Shown: positions 13,516 through 25,690 of the stretch, piece after piece
Layout of the letters: every line of letters begins with the position of its first letter
How positions within the stretch are numbered: position 1 is the stretch's first letter
Assembly: GCA_040954595.2 (NCBI GenBank)
Contig: CM082587.2
Coordinates: 9,925,403-9,989,402, forward strand
Source: Balanoglossus misakiensis
Taxonomy: Eukaryota > Animalia > Hemichordata
Direction: 5' to 3'
Length of the DNA: 64,000 nt
Program-made: the position numbers and the translations under genes
The notes under the pieces: model-generated
What the model was told of the DNA's origin: nothing
Database searches by the model: none
The model's input: only the letters and a program-made list of their open reading frames with translations

Positions 13516-16409
13516 AGGCACGTAAGCTGTAACTTTTGGGATAATTTTCATAATTTTTGTTTCAAACTGCACTACCATTAGTCCATGCAGATGAAGGCAG
13601 TGAACTATACACAAGCATTATAAACCCTAAATATGAGTGCATATGCAAGTTTTAACCAGATAAATAATAAAGCTTTGCCGCAAGTGATTATGGCCGCCAC
13701 CGTGGGAAAATGCAAGAAACAATGAAAATGTTGCATTTCCAGTTATGAAACTTCATAAATAAAACACGATCTCATCCACTTGAGCTCATGGAAGTAAATG
13801 TACACCACTGTCGGTGGCCCCCTCATGTCACGCCTAAAATATTATTTTGAAAGTTAAACTTTCAAAATTATAGACAATATCTTCTCCCAAAAGTAAACTT
13901 AAGTTTTGGTGAAGGCAACTATAATTTTGACGCACACAATTTCAATTTCAGTGGAGTAAACTTTTTAATATTGACAGTAAAACTTTATTACTTTACACAA
14001 CTCTTATTTTAGAGAACAAAAGTTTAATTTCCGAAAGCCAATTTTATTTTTTCCGAGAGTAAAATTTTAAGATTTTTTTCCAAAATAAACTTCTAACACT
14101 TTGGATAAAATATTATCTATACTACATAGAATTTTTTTATTTTCGGAAAGAAATATTTAATTTTGTAAAAATTTTTTTAAGTAACATTACTTTTCGCGGG
14201 TGAAAATTTTATTTTACAGATGTAAATATATTTTTATCTAATTTCTAGTTACACAACTTATGGGGGCGCTCTATCTATTGCTACTGACAAACTTTTTCAT
14301 GGGGGCGCTATTCAGGTTTTGGCGTGCGAATTTCTTTTACATGCATGACAAAATATATTTTCAGAAAGCAAAATATTTTTTTCTTCGCGGCGGAAATGAA
14401 GCTATCCCACAATTCCCGTACATGAGAACGTTACAGGAGTACATAAATCCAACAAACAGATGAGATGGCTATCTATCCACAGTGCAATGTTTACAGATTG
14501 TATCTACTACGGCCGGGGCAGACAAATCCGGACAATCTCGCCGCCATCGTAGACCTTTAAATGACGTTGTCGATCAAATCGAATACAAGGTGTAGGGGAG
14601 TCGGTCCGTGGGAGAAATCGGCCAGGTGCGAACTCGGCTCGTAAAATCATTGAAATTAAAGTTCTTTAAATTATGTTTCGATTAACCGGCTGTCCCTTCC
14701 AATTTCGGGTGTTTCACATCGAGGACGGACTGAAGCAGCTCCACGCGATCACTTTGGAAAACTCCCCGGTGACCTCATAAGCGGCAGCGCGTCCATCTAC
14801 GTGATCGTTGAATTCGAGGCACGGTTCCGAGGGACCATGTCTGAGGTCTTGTTTTCTAGAGCGGCTATCTATAACTCAGCGTGGCCAGTCGGCCGCGGTG
14901 GGTTCGATAATCAGCTCGAAAGTCGACCATCATATGGAAATTGTTTGCCGTCGATGTCCAAGTAAACAATAGCGTGTAAGGTGAACATGTGTGGGTGGGA
15001 TCGACCATTTTACCCTAAACGGAACAGCCGGTTAATGGGACTGTTTTGTCTGCGCCCATGGTGTCCTGATTAAACGGCGGCGACTGTACCACGGTCATTC
15101 CACAAACTGCCTAGGGACAGGGACAGAGCAGCACTGTGGTTTACTGTACATGTAAAATGTGAAGCATACACGAAACATAATTTAAAGGACTTTAATTTAA
15201 ACGATCCTACGAGCCAAGTTCGCACCTGGCCAATTTCTCCCATGGACCGACTCCCCTAGATCTTGTATTCGATTTGATCGACAGCGTCATTCAAAGGTCT
15301 ACGATGGCGGCGAAATTGTCCGGATTTGTCTGCCCCGGCCGTAGTAGATACAATCAGTAAACATTGCACTGTGGATAGATAGCCATCTCATCTGTTTGTT
15401 GGATTTATGTACTCCTGTAACGTTCTCATGTACGGGAATTGTGGGATAGCTTCATTTCCGCCGCGAAGAAAAAAATATTTTGCTTTCTGAAAATATATTT
15501 TGTCATGCATGTAAAAGAAATTCGCACGCCGAAACCTGAATTGCGCCCTCATAACAAAAGTTTGTCAGTAGCATTAGAAAGAGCGCCCCCATAAGTTGTG
15601 TTACTAGAAATCATATTAAATTTACCCCTGTAAAATAAAATTTTCACCCGGGAAAAATGATTTGTTACTTTAGAAAATATTTTTTTTTCTTAAGCAATAT
15701 AAACATTTTGTTTTAAAAAGTAAAATAATTCCATCGAGTACAGATAATTTTTATCTCGAGTGTTTAAAGGTTATTTAAATGTAAATTAAAATTTAACTCC
15801 GTAAAATATTTTCACCTGGGAAAAATAATTTGCAATTTTACAAAATAAACTTTTTCTTTAAAAAGCAAAACATTTCTTTTTGAAAAAAAAATCCACGTAG
15901 TATGAATAAGTTTATCTCAAGTTGTTACTGTTTATTTTGGACAAAATAAATCTTTATTAAAATATTATTCTTGGAAAAAATAAAATTTACTTTCGAAAAA
16001 TAAATTTGGTTCTCTAAAATAAAATTTGTGATAAGTAAAATTAAAGTTTTACTGTCAAAATCAAAAAGTTTTATCCATCAAAATTAGTTGCCGCCACCAA
16101 AATTAAAGTTTACTTTTTGGGAAAAGATATTGTCTATCTAAAATTAAAGTTTAACTTTCAAAATAATAAATTGAAATTTTCGTGTAGGGGCCACGATACC
16201 ACTGAGACATCAGATTTTCATTTTTCGTTGCAATATTGCACTTTTTTTTAAAATTGCAGGAATTTTCGTTCTTCTTTAATTTTTGGCCATTTTGTCATAA
16301 ATAAGTGTTGAGCTTGATATATTATCATGAAATATCATAGACATAATTAAAAGCATTTTATGAGATTATTAAAACTTGAATTTGTTATCCAGTTGCAGCT
16401 CAAGTACTT
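13516..16409. mobile_element. Older TTAA-flanked (Kolobok-like) MITE interrupted by the foldback element
   Basis: ttaa|aggcacgtaagctgtaac ... gttgcagctcaagtactt|ttaa; the TIR is imperfect. Confidence 0.55.
13811..16198. mobile_element. Foldback element with inverted arms of about 0.9-1 kb
   Basis: About 13815-14680 is the reverse complement of about 15170-16197; the inner part (14260-14680 vs 15170-15600) is nearly identical. Flanked by the direct repeat (a)ccactg. Confidence 0.9.
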
Positions 16410-19297
16410 TTAAACTCGCCGGATTTAAAATATACTAGTACCTGGTTTCAAGTACATTTTAAATAAACTAAGTCAATGTTTTTGTAATTAAACTTAAGTT
16501 ACTCTTTTGTTATTAAAAAATATTTAGTAACGTTTAAATGTTGTCCAATTTGGTATCACGATTAAAAATTCCGTATTCATCAATTAAACTAAACACCCAA
16601 ACTAGTATTTTTTCTTTACTGATATAGACTTGCAAATCACCTGCTAACTGAGAAAAAATAACGTGTTTTTATTGATGAGGATACTGTTGAAGTGCAAAAC
16701 TAGTTAGTTTATTATGTCAATAGCAATACATAGTGGAGAAAGTATACGTATTGTGTGCAATTGAAATTCGCAAACTGTTTTTTTCCAGGAAAAAATACTT
16801 GGTCAGATGACCAGGTTGATCAGCTAATTGACAAGTATAATATAATCACCAAATATTTATGCATTGATCGGATAAAGATCGAATTGTTGATCGGCTTCTG
16901 AGGCGGCTGCACATGCGCAGCCCCTGTTTACGCTCAATTCGTTGAGTCGAGTCGCCCCGTGTAACTGTTCGATGTAGCGACGCGACTCGGGTTGCGCGTC
17001 GAGTTGCCTACCGAGTTGCCTGCCGAGTTGCCTCGTGTAACTCGGCCTTTAGGCCTACTACGTGTAAAATCCTCAACTAGGCACCCTGTGACTTTGGCCT
17101 TCCACTCTCTACAAACTGTTCAGCACGGGGAGAGAGCAAGGGGAGACAGTACAAGATTTATACGCTGAAATACAGCGATCATGCCAGTCACATGCTAGCC
17201 AATTTCGACAATATGAAAATTTGATGATTACAGACTCTGCAGAGCAACAGTTCGGCGATACAAATCGACCGAGTACATGCAAAGCTATGAGCTACTCTGA
17301 GGCGTTGCATCACAATACGGGCTGAATTTAAGGAGCGCTTGAGCGAAGACCTCTGGGGGTTGCATCATGATTTTTTAAATTTTATTACAAGATATATCGA
17401 ATTCACGGAAAATTATGTTTAAATTTAAAAATTCATTTTTATATAAAAGTGCGGCAGTTCGTAAAAACCCGGAAGTGCGGCGTGTTTTGATTTTATTTGT
17501 TCTGGGGTCACTCCGTAATTCGCTTATTTTTGCAAAGAAAACATGTTTTTTTCCAACAAAAAAACATACAGATATGTAGTTTAGATATAATTTTGGCCTT
17601 TTTATCAGTTTGAGTCATTCAACTGCCGTCCCTGCTTGTTAATTTGGCATTAAAAAAAGCGCGGGACTTTCGCATGCCACTTCTGGCTGTGTGTACGACA
17701 GAACGTTGAGGGCGTCACCAGAACTATAAAACCTGGCAATTAACGGTCAAATGGCTGACCTGCGTTCGGGCCTTCGTTCGGGCTGATATTTTAAATACAT
17801 GCACTACGTCTTTGAAATGTCAAAGGTCATTGACGGCGCCCTCTGGAGCTGAGAGGCTGGTAGCGATGGAGTCAAATCTTTACCAAGAGAGAGAGACAGT
17901 TCTGGTCTTAGCGAACTGGCTAGATTCTGTTGGATACAATGACTGCCTTACTCGCCGCTAGTGCGTAAGTATGTCACATATGTTTTGAGTATGACGTTGT
18001 GTAAGATTCCCCTTTGCTAAGCTCATTTCAGTCGCTCGAGATTTTGCCTTGGTTAGCTGTCTCCCCTCGGCGAGGGTGCCCACCTCGGGCGATAAGGGTC
18101 AAATGAGGTTTGCCAAGGAACTAAGTCAGAAGGGATGGGTCATTTGCTTCATATTGACCCCTAGTCGCCACCATCACGATTAAGCAACGAAACCGGGAGC
18201 ACACAATGGAGTTTGTAGTACAATGAGTTTGTAGTTCAACAACACAATGTTTAATTGAAAAATTAACATTCTAAAATCAAAAGGTCGCACAGAAAAAAAA
18301 TGTTCTATGTGTCTTACCCTGCTTGGTCGAAGAGTTACCGAGTCCACAAAAGTCCTGGCCGAACTCAAGCCTCACCAAGGCACACAAGTCCATTGCTGAC
18401 AAAGTCCGACATTCATTGAAGCCAGTTGCTCACACAAAGCCCGTTGCTCACAGAGTCCAGCCCAGCTAGGTAAATTCCTAATTCCCAAGGCGATGTGGAG
18501 CTGGAGTGACATGCTCCTCCGAGTCAGTGTTGAGAAGTGTGCCTCGTGGTTTTTGTGAGAAGGCCTTTTATATGGGTGACCATCTGGTTATTACTAATAT
18601 TTAAATGAACTAGTTGAAAAGGCAGGGCCCTTTGTTATGCAAAGAAAAACTACTCCTCTCTTGACTAAGCGACTAAACAGGGTGTGTCGTAACACAGTAT
18701 TCTTTATTGCTGTATCTTTGAAATTGAAAGTATTGAATTTCATTTTATTGTCTTTTGAAAATCCTGGAAAAGATATTTTTTTTCTGAAAATCATTAAATG
18801 TCGGCAAAATTTCCAAATGATTACCAGTGCTATGAGCCTATGATTAAACGATTACCCCTGCCACAGGCGGGTATACACAAGATTTGGGTACAATTCGAGA
18901 CATGTAGCACGAGCCGTCAGGCGAGTGCTATATGGAGCGAATTACATGCCTGCACCATCTTGAGTAAGTCGGCTGACATACTGACTGATCCTTAGAGTGT
19001 GAAAAGTTGAAACTGTGTTACAAACTGTTTGAAGCAAAACATGTTATTTTCGCGTCAGGAAATTTTCGCGATATCAAAAGAGGCAACTGTTTTGCGAGTA
19101 TTAATTTTCGCGTTCTCTTATTTCATTTACTGCATCATTATCACTGAAAAAAACAGTTCACGTTATTTTGGCTCTCGCGTATTTTGCAAAAAAATTATTG
19201 CTCGCGAAAATAACATGTTTCACAGTATTTTTGTCTAAGTACTACTCCCAATTCTGATGTATTGATTTGTGTTGTACCATGACTTTCTGAACATCAG

Positions 19298-22200
19298 GTA
19301 TATTTCATTGAAGTGACTCTAGAAAGTGGGAAGTCATACCTGATTGTGAGACGATATAGTTATTTTAACACTCTACAAGAACGATTAGATGACAGATTCC
19401 CCTATGAAGCCGGTCATGCAGGACCAAGGAAATTACCAACATTACCAGGTAAAAATTGCTTTCGTGAAAAGAATTCAAGCATTGTTGAAGACCCAATAGC
19501 TGCCATTTTTGGCATTTTTTTTTCAAACTTAGAGTGGTCTATTTAAATGGACTTACTGATGGGTATACACCAACATGTAATCAACCTCTGATTGTGGCTG
19601 CATATTTAAATATGATCAAGTTCAGTAATAAATGAGTGCCACACCCATGTATTAAGTTGCCCATTACAAGAGTATTATACAACTGTCATTGTATTATTTT
19701 GTGAAGTTGTAGATCACTTGGAGTAGAGTGCTCAATACGTGATTGAGCCGAATATAGTAAACTCTGTACATGTCCCGGGTACATACTATGTGCAGCTATC
19801 ATTGTTTGTACACATGATGTTAGAATCTTCACAAATTCAAAACAGTGTCGTTTGTCAACTAAGGATATTAAGGAGAAGATTCATTAGTGTTTCATTAATT
19901 ACAAAATATGCTACCAGTGACAGCTATTGGGGCTATAATGAAAGTTGTACTGATTGGAGGATATGAGAGTGAAAACTTGCCAAAATGAATAAATGGTAAA
20001 CACCGGTTATTCATTTTGGTGAGTTTTTCACTCTCGTGTCTGCAAGTGGGATGGAAGTTGTGTGTGGTCGAACGTTGATTCACTATACATGTATATCCAC
20101 GTGTAGAATGACATAAACGGTGTCTTGTGTGAAACATAAATAATGGAAAAAGGGCAGCGAGAGAGAGACTTTTGTCCCTTTAAGTCAGTAGCAGCATGGC
20201 AGCACTGGATACAGATCATTGCAATTCAACTTCTCAATTTCTTCTCCCTTCAGAAACTGGTAGCTCTCGACACAAGGATTTCCCAGCATGATATAGTGAT
20301 GGATTTCCTATGTCAGACGCCAGGAGATATTGACACACCAGTTATTAAAGCTCCAACGGTAAAATACAGCATGTGACACCATCAGAGAAGGCAAGATGGT
20401 TGGCACACCAACAACAGCAAGACAGCAAAAGCAAATCTCCGTGAGTACAGCTTGATTTCATTTGCGGTATCAGTGTACATGAATATTTCTACATTTGAAG
20501 TGTAAATGTAAGACTTTCTGTACTTAATGGCGATTGTGTTATACACATGTGTGTAATTTCATGTGTACAAACATTACGTCCAATCCAAATGTTCTGCAAA
20601 TTTTGCGTTCGATGCATTCAAATAGTGGACTGCCTTTGCTTCCTTCCATATTTCATGCACACAGTACTCAGTTTAAGGAAACTTTTTCACCCAATTTGCT
20701 GTCTTTTTCCAATCTCCTACACAAATTATGGTCCTGGCATCTTGTCTGTTGTTAGCATATCACATGCCTTATGGCATTGACTTTGTACAATTTTTGTAAC
20801 CATAGTCTCATGTTGTTGGCCAAAGAGTGCCCACATTTGTCAGATAGGGTATGGATAATATGTTGGTCTTAAAAATCGCCTCAATGCAGTTGTTAAATAG
20901 AACAGTTTTATTTGCATTGACATCACTTATCTCAAATTGAAAAATTACAGTGTTTCATCTGGGCGGGGCCTAGCGGTGGGGGTATTCATGCCCATGTTGA
21001 TATGTGGGCACCAACTAGCAAAATGGGGGCCAGTGCCCCTTATTATATAAAATGATGTCACTAATATGTTGGAGATGTTTCATTTCCCCCTTGCCAGAGT
21101 AAAAAATCGCCCCCCTCCCCTAAAAAAAAAATCTGCAAAAGGGGACTGCGTTTGTGTTGTTGAAAGTGATTCAAAGTGAGGTCGTCTCACTACTATGCTG
21201 GGAGTCATTGAAACCGATTTGAAATAAGAGCCTGCATGACTTCACCTCTCCCTCTGTCCATATTGCAGACTTGGTGTCAAACCAGAACCACCGCCAACAA
21301 CAAGTGTCAAAGAAAATAAACCAGTCACTGTAGCTGCAATCACTGGACCCAGGGCTCTGGTAAGCATCTTGAATTTGTATTGAATACTGGACTGATAGAC
21401 TTTTTATAAACAGGAACATGGAGTCAGAGACAATACAGGGGAAGAGAGGGGTGGATTACGACAGACAGGAGAGGGTGTACCATGTATATAGGGGGATGGG
21501 GGGACTGTGACAAGACTGCAAATCAAGAAAGCAGGATTTTCAGATTCAAGGTCAACTTGATCTACAGGTACCTTATCTGTGTATTTTGTCTGAGTCAGCC
21601 CTATGTGCCTTTGCATGTAGTGTGGATAATTTTCTTGGGTCACCAGTGAGTTTATTGAGTCTGAGTGGCGCGTCTTACGGGCTTAGAGGACACACTGGCC
21701 TTTTCCCAAATGCATGTATGGTCAACCAGGACGTTATTCTGTAATGCACACGCGTGGGTAAAGCTGTTAAATTTGTTCTGTATGCAAAATTTGCTGTCTT
21801 TTCCCACTCTCCAAAACAGACTATGGTCGCCGCCATCTTGTCTGTTGTTACTGCCTTATGGCATTGACCATGTACAAATATTGTAACCAGAGACCTCTGG
21901 TTTGACACATCTGATATGCGCATAAAATGAACACCATCGCCCTTTAAATGTTTTGATATTTCATGCAAATGTTTCATTTTGGTACCAACACTGCTGTGTG
22001 TTGTTTAAACACCACAGGCCCAGTATGACTTTGTTGCAACGACTAGCGGAGAATTGAGTTTCAAGAAAGGTGATGTCATACCAATAACCAGAAGTTGGAT
22101 TGAAGTAAGAATATCATTTTATTGTGTTATTTCCTGGAGAATGGAGTATAAAATGAAATAGAGACTTTGAAGATGAAATTTTAATATGGTTCCAGAAATT

Positions 22201-23174
22201 GCACTGATGCAAATGCAAAATCGTACCATACATTTGTTTCTGGTGGATTTTCAGTTTCTGTAATTTTTGATAAATGTTCAAACCCTCTGGAGACTTTCAA
22301 TTCTCATTTAAAGCGACTAGCTCGTCTCACACACATGCGCGTAATTTAGCCAGCAAATGTCAAGCAAATTTTCCGTTCGATGCATTCAAATAGTGGACTG
22401 CCTTCGCTTCCTTCCATATTTCATGCGCACTGTATAAGTAGATTCTGGTTTTGTCCCTCCTTTTCACCCAAGCTGGTGTCTGTTCACGATCTCCGACACA
22501 GATTATGGTCGCCGCCATCTTGTCTGTTGTTAGGACAGAGCACTGCCTTATGGGATTGACTGCTCACTAAACGTCTGTAACCAGCGGCTACAGCTGGAAC
22601 ATGCGTGTGAGACGAGCTAGGCGCTTTAACCCAAACAGTGCCGAGTCAGTGGCAAACGTAGTCATTTTCATACTCCCCTAGAATGCCGGGTATACTTGCA
22701 CAAGAGAACAGACTTTCATAGAATTTATTCGCATTTGTTTGTGTGCAGTGTAAAATAAATGGTAAATTGGGACTGATTCCTGAACCATATGTTAAGATAG
22801 AAGAAGATGTTGGGGATACTGGCTGGGAGGTATGTCACATAAATTCGAAGTATCCAAATTTGCAATAATACAGGTTTATTTCCATGTAATACACCCATTG
22901 CGAATCTGCTGACCGGAAGTACAATGTACGGTTTTGAGCAAGTGAAGAGAGATCTGTAGCATTAAATTCATGTTGGGGAACAATAGCAAATATTGATATT
23001 ATTTCAAATCTGTGTGTTATCATAATGGAAGTCACTCAGATTATGGCCACGATGTGGAGTATAAGTGATGTTAGATGGAAGGATAAACATTCTTGTCATT
23101 CTCGTGTTTCAGGATGAGTGGGAGGACGACACTCCGACCGTTGTTATAAGATGTCACTATGAAGGAAATATAAG
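19298..23174 (+). pseudogene. NCF4: p40phox/NCF4-like (PX-SH3-PB1 start), disrupted. Exons 19298-19448, 20254-20440, 21269-21359, 22018-22104, 22749-22829, 23113-23174
   Basis: PX: VYFIEVTLESGKSYLIVRRYSYFNTLQERLDDRF...LPTLP. SH3: PRAL/AQYDFVATTSGELSFKKGDVI..WIE/CKINGKLGLIPEPYVKI. PB1 start: VIRCHYEG. All junctions are GT-AG. Lesions: phase 1-to-0 mismatch after the first exon (an exon is missing), 1-nt frameshift near 20360, SH3 about 4 aa short, and no 5' exons or later PB1 exons found. Confidence 0.8.
22312..22625. mobile_element. TTAA-flanked MITE in an NCF4 intron
   Basis: ttaa|agcgactagctcgtctcacacacatg ... catgcgtgtgagacgagctaggcgct|ttaa. Related fragments near 20570-20800 and 21800-21890. 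Confidence 0.8.
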
Positions 23175-24038
23175 GTGTGTATGATGCACAGATTATAGGC
23201 ACAGTCTGTCAGATGTCCATCCTGTGATGTAGGGCTGTAAGTTAGTGTGAGGGATATATGTCTGAGAGCAGCTATGTATGGGAGTACATTTTCTCATCAA
23301 GGGGGACACCCAGGTGTATGCGTGGCACATATTAAACTGAAAAAAGTCGACCAGCATTCTTCTGTATAACTTCTATTTTTTACACTTTGTCATGTTTTAA
23401 TATAAGCTATTTAGAAAAAAACTTCCCGATATTTTTGAATAACACACATATGGTGACAGTATACTCCAATAATTTGCAAGGCATTTATAAAATTCGTGCA
23501 AACACAAAAGAATTCATCCTAGAGATGCATGTAAGCGTTCGCTTCACACTTTCAAAGCTAATCACTACGCAGTAAGAAGGGGTAAGTATATTTCCGTGCA
23601 GTTTTTATATGGTGATGTTTGTAGCAGAGCGATGATGTCATCAGCGTCGCGTGCACAGGACGTTCTATACGTGGGCGCATTTCAATGTCACGAAGTTTTG
23701 GAGCAAGACTGAAGTAGATTAATTCGTTGCGGGGATATGCATTTCTGTTGCGGAGAAAAGACTTGAATAATGCCCCATTTTCGGCAAAATTTTTTTTTTT
23801 TTTTTTTTTCGCTGTGTCCATTCTGCCATAAAATTAATTGTCATGATCGAAATAAAAGAATGCATAAAGCCGGTTTTGTAGCTGCATTGAAATCTAAATG
23901 AAATATTATCGTTGTTTGATTGGGGCATCCATTGGACATAAACAGTTTCCTAACGTACTTCTTCGTATAGGAGTTTGTCCCTGATGGTATAAACCTTTAT
24001 GGAGAAATAATTCTTTCTTCTACAGGTGAACGCGTACA

Positions 24039-25690
24039 ATGAGGTTGCTGTTTGTCGTATCTACTCTTCTGGTCATCTTGAATCGTGGCCTGGAAGCCGG
24101 GCATCCATTCCGTTCTCAGCCATGGGTTTGTTCCTCTGCCCAAATCATGGCTTACAACGACGCCGTATACGATATTGTCTTAACGCACAGCGTGGAGTGT
24201 TTCGACAAGATCATGACGTTACCCGACATATTGGAAAATGAGGATCCGATTCACACGACCAGGTTCTTGAAAGTTGTTGGCAGCTATATCGGACAATCCA
24301 AGACATTCAGAGCTGTGGACATTGTGATTGACAAGTTGGACACACTGACAAGCCTGGTAAAGCCAAATAAGAACTTTAAAAAAAGACAATTATGGATAAT
24401 ATTTTCCCTAGGCATTCCGAACGAGTGTGGTGGAGTAATCGAAGACGAGTGCATGGTTCTAGTAACTAGACAAGTATAGAATTTTGGCGACTGTGTCAGA
24501 ACATCAATTTAGTGTTGGATATGGGTTGTGAGAACGCAAGAAATTCCATCCAAAATCACCAATTCACGCTCACACCCGTCTCTTCATCACCTTCATCATC
24601 CGACCAGCAGACCAACTAATGTATCCCACCACTAAACATGACAACTTTTGCCTGATAGGCGAGGTGGTGAATATCGCATCGATGACAATTCACAGACGAG
24701 CAGCCTATAGCACTGAAAGATTCAATTTCTCGGTGGTGACTTGCCGGTCCATGATGCACTGTACATATCGTGTGATATCACCTGTTTAACTTTTCCTCTC
24801 TGTTCACACTGTATTCGTACGAGACCCTTACTTATTGCTATAAGATTAGTCCATGATTGTTTCTGTTTGCATTTCACAGGGGTCCAAGATATCCGATGAC
24901 GAACTGGTTAGAGGCTGCATGAATTGCACACTTCACATGTACGTTGACAACAGACTCGTCGAAACGTGCTACGACCTTGATGTAAGTTTGAAGAGAATAT
25001 TAAAGGGACAAAGTCGCTCTCTCGCCCATTTTTCCGTTTTTTTTTTTTTTGTATTTAATACAAGAAACCGTACGGTTTATGTTATTCTACATGTGGATAT
25101 ATAGTGAATCAACGTTTGACCACACACAGATTCGATCCCACTTGTAGACACGAGAGTGAAAAACTCACCAAAATGAATACCGGTACTCGGTCTCTACTAC
25201 TAGTATATATCCACATGTAGAATAAACGTTACCTTGTATCAAACATAATTAATGGGAAAAGGGCAGCGAGAGAGAGACTTTGTCCCTTTAAGTATTCTAT
25301 TAGTATCTGTCCATATATTCAATATATTAATCAGGTTAACATTATTCCAATTCTCTCCGGTATTGATTTCATCTCAAAGTCAAAAATGGGATTTGATCTG
25401 CAAAAAGAATGGGGGCGAACAAGCCATACTAGTTTTGCATACAATCTCCAGTTCTACCAGCTTGATAATTTTGCGAACAATTCTCTAATTACGACCCCGA
25501 ACCATTATCCGCCACTTTTCGGAATGTGGTTTGTTTTGCTATTAAATTAAAATATTAATTCTCGTATACAGGAAAAGAAAACAGCGACTGACAATTTGTT
25601 GTCTTTCTTCAATAGGTGTGCCCAGAGAAAGTCTCCGAGTTTATACACTGGCATCCAGAGGGAAACGTCACATTTATGGCAAATGCTTAA
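24039..25690 (+). CDS. Secreted 164-aa, 6-Cys protein of unknown family. Exons 24039-24356, 24880-24981, 25616-25690
   Basis: Hydrophobic signal peptide MRLLFVVSTLLVILNRGLEA. Acceptor at 24025 just upstream of the ATG. Two phase-0 GT-AG introns join 106+34+24 codons to TAA with no lesion. NCT and NVT sequons are present. Confidence 0.7.
25004..25287. mobile_element. TTAA-specific MITE (Kolobok-like, AGGGACAAAGTC family)
   Basis: ttaa|agggacaaagtc ... gactttgtccct|ttaa. Other copies at 57550-57735 and a partial one ending at 20179. Confidence 0.85.

Larger units (their letters stand above)
12543..17048. mobile_element. Harbinger-like non-autonomous element hosting nested insertions
   Basis: TIR aggccgagttacacgaggcaactcggcaggcaactcg and its reverse complement ending at 17048, with TTA on both flanks. 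Confidence 0.85.

Noticed and set aside
17867-17970. Short ORF MESNLYQERETVLVLANWLDSVGYNDCLTRR with a nearby GTAAGT donor
   Set aside because: It stops before the donor, and no link to NCF4 or another family could be supported.
18000-18694. Possible solo LTR (TG...CA, minus-strand TATA)
   Set aside because: No TSD and no second copy in the window.
20359-20369. 11-nt GT..AG micro-intron that would rescue the NCF4 frame
   Set aside because: Too short to splice; a 1-nt deletion in the A-run is the simpler explanation.
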